Assembly (NCBI GenBank): GCA_963675755.2
Contig: CAXXMD010000002.1
Location: 1,376,001-1,440,000 of the forward strand
Direction: 5' to 3'
Source: a bacterium
GTDB lineage: Bacteria; Zhuqueibacterota; Zhuqueibacteria; Residuimicrobiales; Krinioviventaceae
Length of the DNA: 64,000 nucleotides
This document shows positions 48,480 through 58,579 of this stretch, piece by piece; position 1 is the stretch's first letter, and each line of letters begins with the position of its first letter. Below the pieces are notes generated by a model. That model was not told the origin of the DNA and ran no database searches. It was given only the letters and a program-made list of their open reading frames with translations. The translations under genes and the position numbers were made by a program.

Positions 48480-50726
48480 TTAATTCATAGAAAAATTACT
48501 AAATTTTTTAACAAAATGGTTCTGATCAACGTTTGTCAAGGTAAGACTTTTGCTAAAACTAGAGTCGTCAAAAGAATATACCTTTCTTACCAGATCTAAA
48601 TTCATTTCATGCCGATTCGCATCAACAACATTGGAAACAAAGACAGACCGATTGCCTAGCGATTTCAACAGATCAGGCACATCATAAAATGACAATACGT
48701 TGTGAACAAACAAATATGGACTCTGAGCCCCATAGGGTTGAATTGCCAGTTCACGAAAAGATACCGGTAAACGGTATAGCCCGATATGTTCAATATCGTT
48801 GCACATTACAGCCGCATGCAATGCAAGCATTGCACCGTCACCAAATCCACAAATCTCAAGCGCATGTTTAGACACATCCGATCGGGAACGCAGATAATTA
48901 ATCCCAACAAGCACATCCTTTAACCGCATACCGAAAAGTGGTTCTTCCAGTTCAATACCAAATGCGTTAAAATCCAGATCATAATCATCGGGACTGAAAA
49001 TAATATCATAACCGATAAAATCCGGATTATCATTACCGGGACTCTGTTCCGGATGTAGGTCCGGGTATTCATTAAATCCACGGGTATCAGAAGCAAAAAC
49101 CTGATATCCCTGCTTTACAAAATTGATGATATTTTCAAATCCGTTAGCCTTGCCACGTTCATGGATGTAAATTAAAGTACGGCCGTTATTTGGATTAAAA
49201 TGCTCAGGAGTCAACAGAATTGCAGGTATCCAGAGTTCATCTACCTGATAAACCAATTTTTCAATCTTGAAATCATCTCCCTGTGTAACATCTATTTGTT
49301 TGGTGGATGTAATTTCAGGTATGTTATTCAATTTCAACACAGTTTGAATTCGATTTTGCATATCCTGAGACGCAGGAACGATTTCTTTGGCAAACGTGGC
49401 GTTTATTGATAAAAGTGTTTCACTTTTCAGTTCTTCCAGATTACCAGATTGGGTAATATTGATATCCTGAGCTGGTAATTGTTTTACTGGTACTTCCAGT
49501 GCAGGAGCGTCTTGAATCACAAATTTCTGATCAAGCCAATTATATAGGGTTTCCCGGAATTCTCTGTTAAAACTATGCGGTGCACCAATGAGATGGTAAG
49601 ATATGGAACGACCATCAACTATAGGAAAAATTCGGTCATAAAGTCCCAGAATTTCATTATACATATTTACAGAACTGGATAAAAGCCTGGTATCGCCTGT
49701 GGCATTCATGAGCAGTACATCCCTGGCATTACTCATATAAAGCAAGTCTGCCAGGTCAAGTTCGTATTTAATCCTGCCGGGAATATTCTGTTCTCCATCA
49801 ACATTGCCAATACCGGGGTCGTGTTTATCTCCCTGCTGCCAATTGGAACATACAGGAACCACTGCTTTGATACGGGGATCAACAGCCGCAACAAATTGTG
49901 CTTGTGATCCCCCTCCCGAGGCACCAACAACAGCAATCCGTGTTGTATCCGCATTTTTCAAATTACAGAGGACATCAATCCCCCGTATACAATCCCAAAC
50001 AAACATTTGTGTTAAATTGTGGCCTGTTAAATGGAGCTGCAAGTTCATAACAATATGTTGATGTTTGTTACGACCCATTTTAGATTGATGCTCCATTGAC
50101 GGATCAAATAGCATCTTGCGTTCACCTTGTCCAAATGGATCGATTGCAAGTACAAGGCAACCATGCCGGGCCAGGTTGGCACATAGAATCTGTACGTGAT
50201 CAAAGCCTTTTCCATCCAATTCAGAGCCTCTGCCCCACCAGTGGCCGGTGGTGCTCAAAACCAGTGGGTATGGTCCTTCAAGCTGAACCGGACTGTACAA
50301 GTTGGCTGTTACAAGATAGCCAGGCATACTTTCAAACGTTATCCGACTGACAGTGTATTCACCACAATCTGTTGTCCCATAAAATTTCACATCAAGAGGG
50401 CATTTTTCAGGGAATTTGCCAAGAGCATGCTGATAATCCTTTTGCTTTGAAAAGCGGTAATCATCAAATTGAGAAATAGTAGTAATTGAATCCAGTACCT
50501 GTTTTCGATGTTGATACTTTTTTTGCATGATTCTGCTAAAATACGATAACAACTGCTGTTCGGGTGTGTTTAAATTATCATCCTCATTGATTACCTGAAA
50601 ATCTTTAACAGTCAAATCCGATAAACTTACTGCACCCAGATCAATTACAGCAGCAACCAGGATACAGCTTATGAATATGAAAAATATATTATCGAATTTC
50701 TTGAACCGCATACTTTTCTCAAACAA
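48480..50726 (-). CDS. two-domain alpha/beta-hydrolase, acetylxylan/carbohydrate-esterase-like, copy 2
   Basis: Colinear paralog of 46187-48472; VGASGGG; second domain GFGDGA. Confidence 0.75.
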   Translation of the reverse strand: MFEKSMRFKKFDNIFFIFISCILVAAVIDLGAVSLSDLTVKDFQVINEDDNLNTPEQQLLSYFSRIMQKKYQHRKQVLDSITTISQFDDYRFSKQKDYQHALGKFPEKCPLDVKFYGTTDCGEYTVSRITFESMPGYLVTANLYSPVQLEGPYPLVLSTTGHWWGRGSELDGKGFDHVQILCANLARHGCLVLAIDPFGQGERKMLFDPSMEHQSKMGRNKHQHIVMNLQLHLTGHNLTQMFVWDCIRGIDVLCNLKNADTTRIAVVGASGGGSQAQFVAAVDPRIKAVVPVCSNWQQGDKHDPGIGNVDGEQNIPGRIKYELDLADLLYMSNARDVLLMNATGDTRLLSSSVNMYNEILGLYDRIFPIVDGRSISYHLIGAPHSFNREFRETLYNWLDQKFVIQDAPALEVPVKQLPAQDINITQSGNLEELKSETLLSINATFAKEIVPASQDMQNRIQTVLKLNNIPEITSTKQIDVTQGDDFKIEKLVYQVDELWIPAILLTPEHFNPNNGRTLIYIHERGKANGFENIINFVKQGYQVFASDTRGFNEYPDLHPEQSPGNDNPDFIGYDIIFSPDDYDLDFNAFGIELEEPLFGMRLKDVLVGINYLRSRSDVSKHALEICGFGDGAMLALHAAVMCNDIEHIGLYRLPVSFRELAIQPYGAQSPYLFVHNVLSFYDVPDLLKSLGNRSVFVSNVVDANRHEMNLDLVRKVYSFDDSSFSKSLTLTNVDQNHFVKKFSNFSMN

Positions 50727-50743
50727 GATTAAACAGATTTACA

Positions 50744-52300
50744 TCATACTTTATTAATTCGTGACCATCCACTTATTGTTAAATTATCATCAAGCTTGGT
50801 TGATTTGAACAAGAAACTGCTAAAATAGCCAACCACCATCAAAACCAGATGACTGTAAACACCCAGCATATACTTGTGCTGTGAAAAATTAAATTTACCC
50901 AAATCCAACAAGATCCGGGGTTCATCTCCAATAGGGAACTTTGTCGAAGTCAACACGGCCCAACCGGTAAACAGTATACAGGCAATAATTCCAATATTAG
51001 CTCCCTGACGGTTTGCCCGTTTGCTGAACAAACCCAGAATAAACAGTCCTGCAATACCTCCGGAAAAAATAGCATACAGTGTAAAAACAATACCCAAAAC
51101 ACCGGTATCACCTGCTTTGACATACAATGTTGCTACAATCATTGCTGCCAAACCAGACAAAAGTACTACAGTTCTCCCTATAACCATTTGCTGTTTTTCC
51201 GTACAATTGGGATTAAAGCGTTTATAATAATCTTCAACTCCAATAGCGGCAAGACAGTTGAGGTCAGAGTCCAGGCTTGATATAGCTGCCGCTACCAAAG
51301 CGGCAAGGATCAGCCCGATGACACCAACAGGGAGTTCTGACATGATAAAAATCGGGAAAACCGCATCAGGACGAATATCTGCTGGTAATACACCACTATT
51401 GATTTGATAAAATGAATACAAGGCTGTACCAATAAACATAAAAATAGCCCAAACAGGTACGCTTAAAAACACACCCATTAAAGCAGCTTTGATAGCACCT
51501 TTTTCAGAACGTGCGGTAAGATAGCGTTGAACAATGGTCTGGTCTGTTCCATATTTCTGAATTGCGTAAAATACACCGTTCAGTGCCATTACAATAAATG
51601 TCAGTTTTTTAAAATCCCAATCAAAGGGGCCAAAACCCATTTTGTGATTTTCCATAGCTATTCTGATTACTTCTGAAGGGCCTCCCTCTGGTATAAAAAG
51701 CAGAAAGGCCATACAAAGCAAACCGCCGCCTATGAGCATAAATCCCTGAAATACATCTAGCCAGATAACCGCCTCTATCCCCCCGAGCAACGTAAGCACA
51801 ACCACTGATACACCCAGCACCCAGATAATCATATAGGTACTGACACCCATAATGTTGGAAAGAGCAAGGGCAAGCAAAAAGAAAACAGTACCCATTTTTG
51901 AAAAATGAGCAAGTATAAATGCCAGCGAGCTGTACAAACGCGCCATAAATCCAAATCTTTTCTCAAAATACTCGTAAGCACTAATACCAATAACCTGACG
52001 GTACAAGGGGACAATAAATTTCACCAACGCAACCAAAACAATGGGTACCATTAATCCCTGGACAAGACGTATCCAGTTTGACGCATAGCCTTCTCCGGGA
52101 TAGGCCAAAAAAGTTACACTACTGATTAATGTAGCAAGGATTGACATGCCCACAGCCCATGAAGGGATCGATCCGCTGGCCGCAAAATACTTTTTGGTAT
52201 TATTTTGACCACGTGAGAAAAACGCTCCAAGGCCCAATGCAATCAAGAGCGAAACAAAAATGATGATATAGTCAATAATATGCAATGCAGGTTGTTCCAT
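50744..52300 (-). CDS. sodium:solute symporter (SSS) family transporter
   Basis: WAVGMSILATLISSVTFLAYPG, SAYEYFEKRF, GGIEAVIWLD, DQTIVQRYL and AAAISSLDS motifs. Confidence 0.92.
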   Translation of the reverse strand: MEQPALHIIDYIIIFVSLLIALGLGAFFSRGQNNTKKYFAASGSIPSWAVGMSILATLISSVTFLAYPGEGYASNWIRLVQGLMVPIVLVALVKFIVPLYRQVIGISAYEYFEKRFGFMARLYSSLAFILAHFSKMGTVFFLLALALSNIMGVSTYMIIWVLGVSVVVLTLLGGIEAVIWLDVFQGFMLIGGGLLCMAFLLFIPEGGPSEVIRIAMENHKMGFGPFDWDFKKLTFIVMALNGVFYAIQKYGTDQTIVQRYLTARSEKGAIKAALMGVFLSVPVWAIFMFIGTALYSFYQINSGVLPADIRPDAVFPIFIMSELPVGVIGLILAALVAAAISSLDSDLNCLAAIGVEDYYKRFNPNCTEKQQMVIGRTVVLLSGLAAMIVATLYVKAGDTGVLGIVFTLYAIFSGGIAGLFILGLFSKRANRQGANIGIIACILFTGWAVLTSTKFPIGDEPRILLDLGKFNFSQHKYMLGVYSHLVLMVVGYFSSFLFKSTKLDDNLTISGWSRINKV

Positions 52301-52329
52301 TTGCAGCTCCTATATTGGTAAAACGGATC

Positions 52330-53475
52330 CTAGATAAAATCAGGCCATTTATAACTACCCGGCTTGACAGTTAAATTTATTTCCGGGTGACAGGCAACGT
52401 TCATTCGAACAACGCCAGGCCCCAGCTCCTGAGTGGGTATAAATCTTTGCCATCCCATATGTCTTACAATAGCAGATGCAGTTGATCCGCCTTCTACAAA
52501 CAATTCATTTACTTTAAACTGGTCAAGAATTTTTGCTACAATTACGGTTACAAGCTCCAACAGTCTTTCAGTCAAATTTTCAATAGGCGGAAGACTTTGA
52601 CTAACGGCAATTACCAATTTTTCACATCCGTTTATTTCTTTTAATATATTGCTTACCCATTCATCAATCGCTTTTTCTTTATTCTTGAAATTTTCCAAAA
52701 AGGATGCGGGAATCTCGCCCAGAATGAATTGTTTTTGTCCAAACATCTTGATCGAGTTTACTCGATTAGGTGAATTACTGCCGCAAACACACAGGACATT
52801 TTTTGAAAAATCTGGCAAAGAATCAAGTTCGATTTCCTGACGCTCAAATTGAGAACCAAGTAACGCATCAAAATAATCAGAACTGCCTGCAGGCAGGGTA
52901 TTCGCTGGGTTGATATTTGTCCAGGATCTCATTTCCATGCTATTATTGCATTCGCCAATCACAATTCCGGTTTCGGGAATTCCCTGATCTACAGAACGAT
53001 ATTCTAAATGCACTCCATCTTGATCTGTAAATCGTTTTAAAACATCAGATACAGCTACAGGAAAATCAATATCTTGTGCAAATTCAGTTTCATGTAGAGG
53101 TACACCATGTATATAATAATGCCCACCATCAATAACCCGACCGGCAGAAGGATTTGCAGGTACAAGTAAAGCCAATGGTATATTTAATTGATCCATCATT
53201 TCTTTTATCTCTGGCAACAAATGTCCCCGAAGAACGGAATCAATCTTTTTATAAATCCAATCTGGTGTAAGATCTCTCAACATTGTTGCAATTTCAGCAA
53301 TCTGCTCAACTGCATTTTCTTCAGTAGATGACCGGGTATTGGAATCGATTATAAGCAAATCTGATTCACAACTGGAAATGGGCTTTGTACATATCTCAAC
53401 ACTTTTGCCATAACGAAGAGCAATCCCTCCCATCTCGGCACTTCCCGAAAAATCATCTGCTACTACTGCTATCAT
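52330..53475 (-). CDS. four-carbon acid sugar kinase (DUF1537/DtnK-like)
   Basis: ADDFSGSAE, DSNTR, YKKIDSVLRG, PANP.AGR, EGGST and KPGS motifs. Confidence 0.88.
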   Translation of the reverse strand: MIAVVADDFSGSAEMGGIALRYGKSVEICTKPISSCESDLLIIDSNTRSSTEENAVEQIAEIATMLRDLTPDWIYKKIDSVLRGHLLPEIKEMMDQLNIPLALLVPANPSAGRVIDGGHYYIHGVPLHETEFAQDIDFPVAVSDVLKRFTDQDGVHLEYRSVDQGIPETGIVIGECNNSMEMRSWTNINPANTLPAGSSDYFDALLGSQFERQEIELDSLPDFSKNVLCVCGSNSPNRVNSIKMFGQKQFILGEIPASFLENFKNKEKAIDEWVSNILKEINGCEKLVIAVSQSLPPIENLTERLLELVTVIVAKILDQFKVNELFVEGGSTASAIVRHMGWQRFIPTQELGPGVVRMNVACHPEINLTVKPGSYKWPDFI

Positions 53476-53528
53476 TTACTACTCCTTGTCATCATCACTC
53501 TGATGAATTCTTTTACCACCTTTATAGT

Positions 53529-54569
53529 CTATTTCCTGCTCCTGGCCATTGTTACAGCATATTCAATAGCATAGATCAAAGCCATGGGACTTGCAATACC
53601 TTTACCCGCAATTTCAAATGCTGTTCCGTGATCCACTGAAGTTCTGATGATGGGCAATCCTAACGTAATATTCACGCCACTCACATTTTGCATCTGCTGT
53701 TTTTCATTATCCCATTTAAATCCTACCAGTTTGAATGGTATATGGCCCTGGTCATGATACATAGCAACACAGCCGTCATAATATCCACCAACTGCCTTGG
53801 GGAACAGGGTATCTGGTGGAACAGGACCTTCAGCATCAAGGCCCTCGGCAACAGCCTGTTCAATGGCGGGCCGAATGTGTTTTATCTCTTCATCACCAAA
53901 AAGCCCACCATCCCCCGAATGTGGATTCAATCCTGCCACACCAATCCGGGGATTAGATACGCCAAATTGCCTGCATGCCGTATCCATAAGTTTAATTACA
54001 TCCACAATACGGTCTTTTGTTATGATTTCACAAGCCTGATGCAATGAAACATGTGTGGTTACATGTATTACCCGAAAATTCTCATGCGCAAGCAGCATGG
54101 CAACACTGGGTGTATTGGTTAAATCAGCATATATCTCGGTATGACCGGAATAATGATGCCCCGCAAGATTTAATGCTTCCTTGTGCAGGGGCCCGGTAAC
54201 TGTGGCGTCTATTTCGTCTTCAAGAGCCAGTTCAATGACTTTTTTTACAGATTGAAAAGCGGCATTGCCGCACATGGCACTGATTTCGCCAAATCTAAAC
54301 TGGTCCATATTCACCAGATCCAGATCAATGATATCAATGGTACCAAATTCAAACCTCGCATCACTTACACGAGTACTTTTGTGGATATGAAAATCTTTTC
54401 CACTAAAAGTCATTGATTGCTGCAATATATTTGCATCCCCTATAACCAGGGGCTTGCACTTTTCATAAATATCAGGAATGGCCAATGCCTTTATAATGAT
54501 CTCTGGTCCTATCCCAGCCGGATCACCCATTGAAATTCCCAATATGGGTTTTGATTTAACATTTGACAT
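53529..54569 (-). CDS. pdxA: PdxA-family dehydrogenase (probable D-threonate-4-phosphate dehydrogenase PdxA2)
   Basis: MGDPAGIGPE, GHTE, TTH, LNPHSG, GPVPPDT, AMYHDQG and RTSVDHGTAF motifs. Adjacency to a DUF1537 kinase points to the PdxA2 subtype. Confidence 0.9.
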   Translation of the reverse strand: MSNVKSKPILGISMGDPAGIGPEIIIKALAIPDIYEKCKPLVIGDANILQQSMTFSGKDFHIHKSTRVSDARFEFGTIDIIDLDLVNMDQFRFGEISAMCGNAAFQSVKKVIELALEDEIDATVTGPLHKEALNLAGHHYSGHTEIYADLTNTPSVAMLLAHENFRVIHVTTHVSLHQACEIITKDRIVDVIKLMDTACRQFGVSNPRIGVAGLNPHSGDGGLFGDEEIKHIRPAIEQAVAEGLDAEGPVPPDTLFPKAVGGYYDGCVAMYHDQGHIPFKLVGFKWDNEKQQMQNVSGVNITLGLPIIRTSVDHGTAFEIAGKGIASPMALIYAIEYAVTMARSRK

Positions 54570-55484
54570 CTATTCTTCTCTGTAATTCATCAATTCTTTT
54601 AATGCGATTTCAATATTTTGTGTCTCGGATAAAGAAAGAGCTAACAGCGGTGGCAACACAGCATTTTCACACAATCCGAGTGAATGCATGCATGCTTTGA
54701 GTGCTGCAAGAGACTGGCTTAGAATGCGATCTTTTTGATACACAAGAGATATATCATTGGTTATTTGCTGCAACGGTTCTGCCTGGTCTTGATCTCCTTT
54801 TATAGCCGCTTGGTACAAATCGCAATACATACCAGGAACCAGGTTACCTGTACTGGGCACAATTCCATCCGCACCATTAAAAAGTGCGTAAGTGGATTGA
54901 GCGGCCCAACCTATTAGAAAACTAAACTCACTATTCTCTTTCCACAGGGAAAGACATTTTTCCAAACGCTCTGGGTCCCGCTCAGAGTCTTTTAATCCTG
55001 CAATATTGGAGTGCTTACTCAACGTCTCCAGTACATCCAATGGAATGGACATCCCCGTTGTACCGGGGATATTGTAAACAATCAACGGTACAGGACTGGC
55101 ATCTGCAAGTTTCTCAAAATAGTTTAACATATGTTCCGGAGTTAATGGATAATATTCCGGTAAATGGGCTACCACTGCATCAACTCCCAAGTCTGCAAAC
55201 TGTCTGGCCATTTCAACACTGGTCTGAAAACAAGTACTATCAATACCTGCATAGGTAAGCTCTCGTTTGTTGGTCACTCTTACCATTTCCGAAACCAGTT
55301 TTACTTTTTGATCCAAAGGTATAGATGCCGCTTCTCCGGTTGTTCCCAAAACAAAGGGACTGGTTTGTTCAGCAACCAGATGCTCTGTAATTTTGGCAAC
55401 TGCGCTTTTATCTACCTCTCCCGAATCGGTAAAAGGTGATACCATCGGAACAACCACACCGCTGTATTTCTTTTTAATAGTCAA
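54570..55484 (-). CDS. DHDPS/NAL family class I pyruvate aldolase
   Basis: GTTGE, YYP, VYNIP and GLKDS (Schiff-base Lys) motifs. Confidence 0.88.
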   Translation of the reverse strand: MTIKKKYSGVVVPMVSPFTDSGEVDKSAVAKITEHLVAEQTSPFVLGTTGEAASIPLDQKVKLVSEMVRVTNKRELTYAGIDSTCFQTSVEMARQFADLGVDAVVAHLPEYYPLTPEHMLNYFEKLADASPVPLIVYNIPGTTGMSIPLDVLETLSKHSNIAGLKDSERDPERLEKCLSLWKENSEFSFLIGWAAQSTYALFNGADGIVPSTGNLVPGMYCDLYQAAIKGDQDQAEPLQQITNDISLVYQKDRILSQSLAALKACMHSLGLCENAVLPPLLALSLSETQNIEIALKELMNYREE

Positions 55485-55497
55485 AATTCATCCCTGT

Positions 55498-56643
55498 TTA
55501 TAATGCATTCATATAGATTTCAGTGGCAATTTTTTTATCAATTGTAAGTGGATTATTTTTCAATAACCGGGTTACAGTTAACGCAGATTCAACCATTCCT
55601 GGAATATCATCCATTGTAATACCCAATTCCGACATTTTGAACGGTATATCTATATTTCTCATCAGGAATTTAAGCGATTCCACTCCGGCCATAGCAGTAT
55701 CTAAATCAGTACCAGCAAGATCTGCTCCCAATGCCAATGCAACCTGCGCAAAGCGCTCCGGTGCTGATGGTATGGTTGCTTGCATTACATATGGCATCAT
55801 AACCGCAATGGACAACCCATGGGGTACATGAAATTCACCACCTAACGGATATGCCAATGCATGCACTGCCGTTGTATTAACTGGCCCCAGGCACATACCG
55901 CCATACATACTTCCCAACGCTAATCTTGAACGGGCTTCTTTATCTCGTCCATTCTTCACCGCGGTTTCAAGATTTTCCGAAATATAGCGAATACCTTCAA
56001 GCGCATACATATCTACCATGGGATGTGCGTTAATATTGATATACGATTCAAGGCAATGTGATAAAGCATCTATGCCCGTATATGCAGTAACATTGGGTGG
56101 AACGGATAAAGCCAACAACGGATCTATATAGACCCGATCAGGTACCAGCCAGGGACTAATGATCCCTTTTTTCAGAGTATCACTTTCATCCAGCAATATA
56201 GAATTGGGAGACACTTCACTGCCCGTACCGGCGGTTGTTGGCAGACATGCCAGGAATATTTCCCTTCCCTGCAAATTACCAATGCCAATAGTATCATATA
56301 TATCCTGATTTCTGTTACAGAGTGCCGCCACAATCTTGGCCAGATCCATTACACTACCTCCGCCAATAGCAGCTACACTATCGATACTATGACTTGTTGC
56401 AATTTCCCGTATGCGCTCAGCATCGCGAACTGTGGGTTCACTGGCAAGATCATCAACAATAATTACAGTATCACAAGATTTTTGTAAAATTTTAATTTGT
56501 TCATCAATAACAGATACCAATGGTGCAATAGTTACAATTAATAAACTTTTAAACTCTAAAGATATAATATCATCTACAAACTGATCAATGCTGTTTTCTC
56601 CAAAAACAACATGACGGGGAAATGTAAAACTGGTATTTTTCAT
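55498..56643 (-). CDS. iron-containing alcohol dehydrogenase family protein
   Basis: GGGSVMD, PTTAGTGSE, GIDALSH.LE, VHAL and VPHG motifs. Confidence 0.92.
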   Translation of the reverse strand: MKNTSFTFPRHVVFGENSIDQFVDDIISLEFKSLLIVTIAPLVSVIDEQIKILQKSCDTVIIVDDLASEPTVRDAERIREIATSHSIDSVAAIGGGSVMDLAKIVAALCNRNQDIYDTIGIGNLQGREIFLACLPTTAGTGSEVSPNSILLDESDTLKKGIISPWLVPDRVYIDPLLALSVPPNVTAYTGIDALSHCLESYININAHPMVDMYALEGIRYISENLETAVKNGRDKEARSRLALGSMYGGMCLGPVNTTAVHALAYPLGGEFHVPHGLSIAVMMPYVMQATIPSAPERFAQVALALGADLAGTDLDTAMAGVESLKFLMRNIDIPFKMSELGITMDDIPGMVESALTVTRLLKNNPLTIDKKIATEIYMNAL

Positions 56644-56668
56644 GATATAAAATGTATTTCTCCAAGTG

Positions 56669-58555
56669 TTAATAGTCAGTTCTAAAATTCTTTAAATAAT
56701 ATACAACCGGTGCAACAGGATCGTCAGGACCTTTTTCATCAAATCCCGGAACAAACTGATCACCGCTCTTGTATTCGGTCACATCATCGGTTAACCGATA
56801 ATCGCCTGTACGAAAGATAATCCGTTCGGGAACAGTCCCTTTGGCAGAAAAAGCAGCGTTTGTTACCAACTTTTTGCCATTTAATGATAAATTAAACTGT
56901 TCTTTTTTCGCGTCCAGATCGATTTTAACAGTATACCATTTCCCGGATTCTATTTCAGTAACTGATGTTGCATTATCATTCCCTTGTTTCACTAAAAGTG
57001 AACCGGTTGTATCAAATCTGGCCTGAACCAAACGTTCTCCTTTGGCAGACACAACTTCAACATCAAGCACCTGGTGCTGACATTCTGCATATAAATCAAA
57101 CGAGATTTGCTGATTTTCAGATTTGTTAAATACCCGAACTGCTTTGGCATAGTCATAGGGATCCACATCTTTGAGCATTAAACACTTTTCTGATGCATTG
57201 GGAGCCACAACGATTTCTACCGGGCACCATTGGGGACTGTAAATATTCCAGTCGGTTACTACACCTCCGGTTTCCATTTCATTAAAATTATCATCAATGG
57301 GACCTGTAACTTCTCCACATACAGGCACCGGTATGCGGGAAATCCACATATCTTCCTTACTCACTGAATATACTACCCAGAGGTCATCTCCCGGCGGGTT
57401 GCCATTACCTTCAATAATACCTCGTACATATTGTGGTCCGGGTCGTTTTTCACGTCCCCAAAATCTTTTGAGGGGTACTTCGCTGTGAACATTTAACAAA
57501 TTATCAAAATGGATTCCATCGTCACCGGTTGCAATACTGAGCGGATGTCTTGCCAAACCGGCAGTAGGATTATAAACAAGTGCGTACTGCCCGTTATCCA
57601 TACGCTGTGCCCAAATCTTTGCACCGCCATAAGACAGGGTATTGCACTGTACGGGTTCTGACCAGCTTTCGCCATGATCATAGCTCAAAGTAGTCCAGCG
57701 GGCTTTGAAAAAACCAACCAGTACACTGTCCGGCCGGGTATAATAACAAAAAGCCTGTCCCGGACTTTTCTCTCCATCATCCATGATCCAGGGTACACGA
57801 TAAAAATCATCCTTGTTTGCTGCGGTACGATCTTCTTCCCACCATTGTATGCGTTTGACCTTGTCATTTAAAAAAGCATCACAGGCAGATACAAAACCTT
57901 TATCATCAGATTCCGTATACATTGGGTAGGTCATGTCTTTCTCCCGCCCAAAGTTGGTTTTGATACTGTAAATGGGACCAAAGGTATTGTCCGTATAAAC
58001 TTCACGCACAACACGTCCTACACCATCACCTTTGTTACCACCATAAAAACCAAAAGCCAGCAGTCTGCCATCAGGGGCTACATAAAAAGCCATACGCTGG
58101 TGCATATGAATGAGATCTACCCAGTCGCCTTCTCCCGGCAAAAAATAGATGGGAAATATAACCTGAGGTTTGCTCCAGTTTTTGCCATCTTTAGAATGGG
58201 TAACAAGTGTTACGCCTGGTGGAATATGTTCACCAGTAGGATTTGACAGATAAATACAATAAAACATACCATTCCAATACGTCAGCATAGGCGCATGGTT
58301 ATAGGTCCACCCCATATCATCAGCCAGCTCGGGATGGGTCCGGTTGGCTCGTAATATCTGGTAATTCTGCACACCCACAGCGGGACGGAATTGTCCGTCA
58401 TGGTAACCGGAGTCATAATCACTGTTTGACGTAGTAACAGGACCAACATAACGTACCGGTTCAGATTTATCTCCGGGTTTAGCATAAATTTGGATAATAC
58501 TAAATAATACAATCAGCAGAATTGATATAATGTGTTCAATTTTTATTGGTTTCAT
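56669..58555 (-). CDS. GH143-like beta-propeller glycosidase (BT1020 N-terminal Dha-hydrolase-like), stand-alone
   Basis: HDGQFRPAVGV..QILRANR, WTYNHAPML.YWN, GEHIPPG, MHQRM.FY, GVGRVVRE, GPQYVRGI.EGNG and YSVSKED.W motifs, recalled as BT1020-like; Asp-box-like SYDHGESW. No GH142 domain follows. Confidence 0.72.
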   Translation of the reverse strand: MKPIKIEHIISILLIVLFSIIQIYAKPGDKSEPVRYVGPVTTSNSDYDSGYHDGQFRPAVGVQNYQILRANRTHPELADDMGWTYNHAPMLTYWNGMFYCIYLSNPTGEHIPPGVTLVTHSKDGKNWSKPQVIFPIYFLPGEGDWVDLIHMHQRMAFYVAPDGRLLAFGFYGGNKGDGVGRVVREVYTDNTFGPIYSIKTNFGREKDMTYPMYTESDDKGFVSACDAFLNDKVKRIQWWEEDRTAANKDDFYRVPWIMDDGEKSPGQAFCYYTRPDSVLVGFFKARWTTLSYDHGESWSEPVQCNTLSYGGAKIWAQRMDNGQYALVYNPTAGLARHPLSIATGDDGIHFDNLLNVHSEVPLKRFWGREKRPGPQYVRGIIEGNGNPPGDDLWVVYSVSKEDMWISRIPVPVCGEVTGPIDDNFNEMETGGVVTDWNIYSPQWCPVEIVVAPNASEKCLMLKDVDPYDYAKAVRVFNKSENQQISFDLYAECQHQVLDVEVVSAKGERLVQARFDTTGSLLVKQGNDNATSVTEIESGKWYTVKIDLDAKKEQFNLSLNGKKLVTNAAFSAKGTVPERIIFRTGDYRLTDDVTEYKSGDQFVPGFDEKGPDDPVAPVVYYLKNFRTDY

Positions 58556-58579
58556 GTGTTTTCCATAATTTTAAATTTA

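Noticed and set aside
53529-55484. pdxA and dapA as vitamin B6 and lysine biosynthesis genes
   Set aside because: Context (DUF1537 kinase, Fe-ADH, SSS, glycosidases) indicates catabolic paralogs; no pdxJ or dapB nearby.
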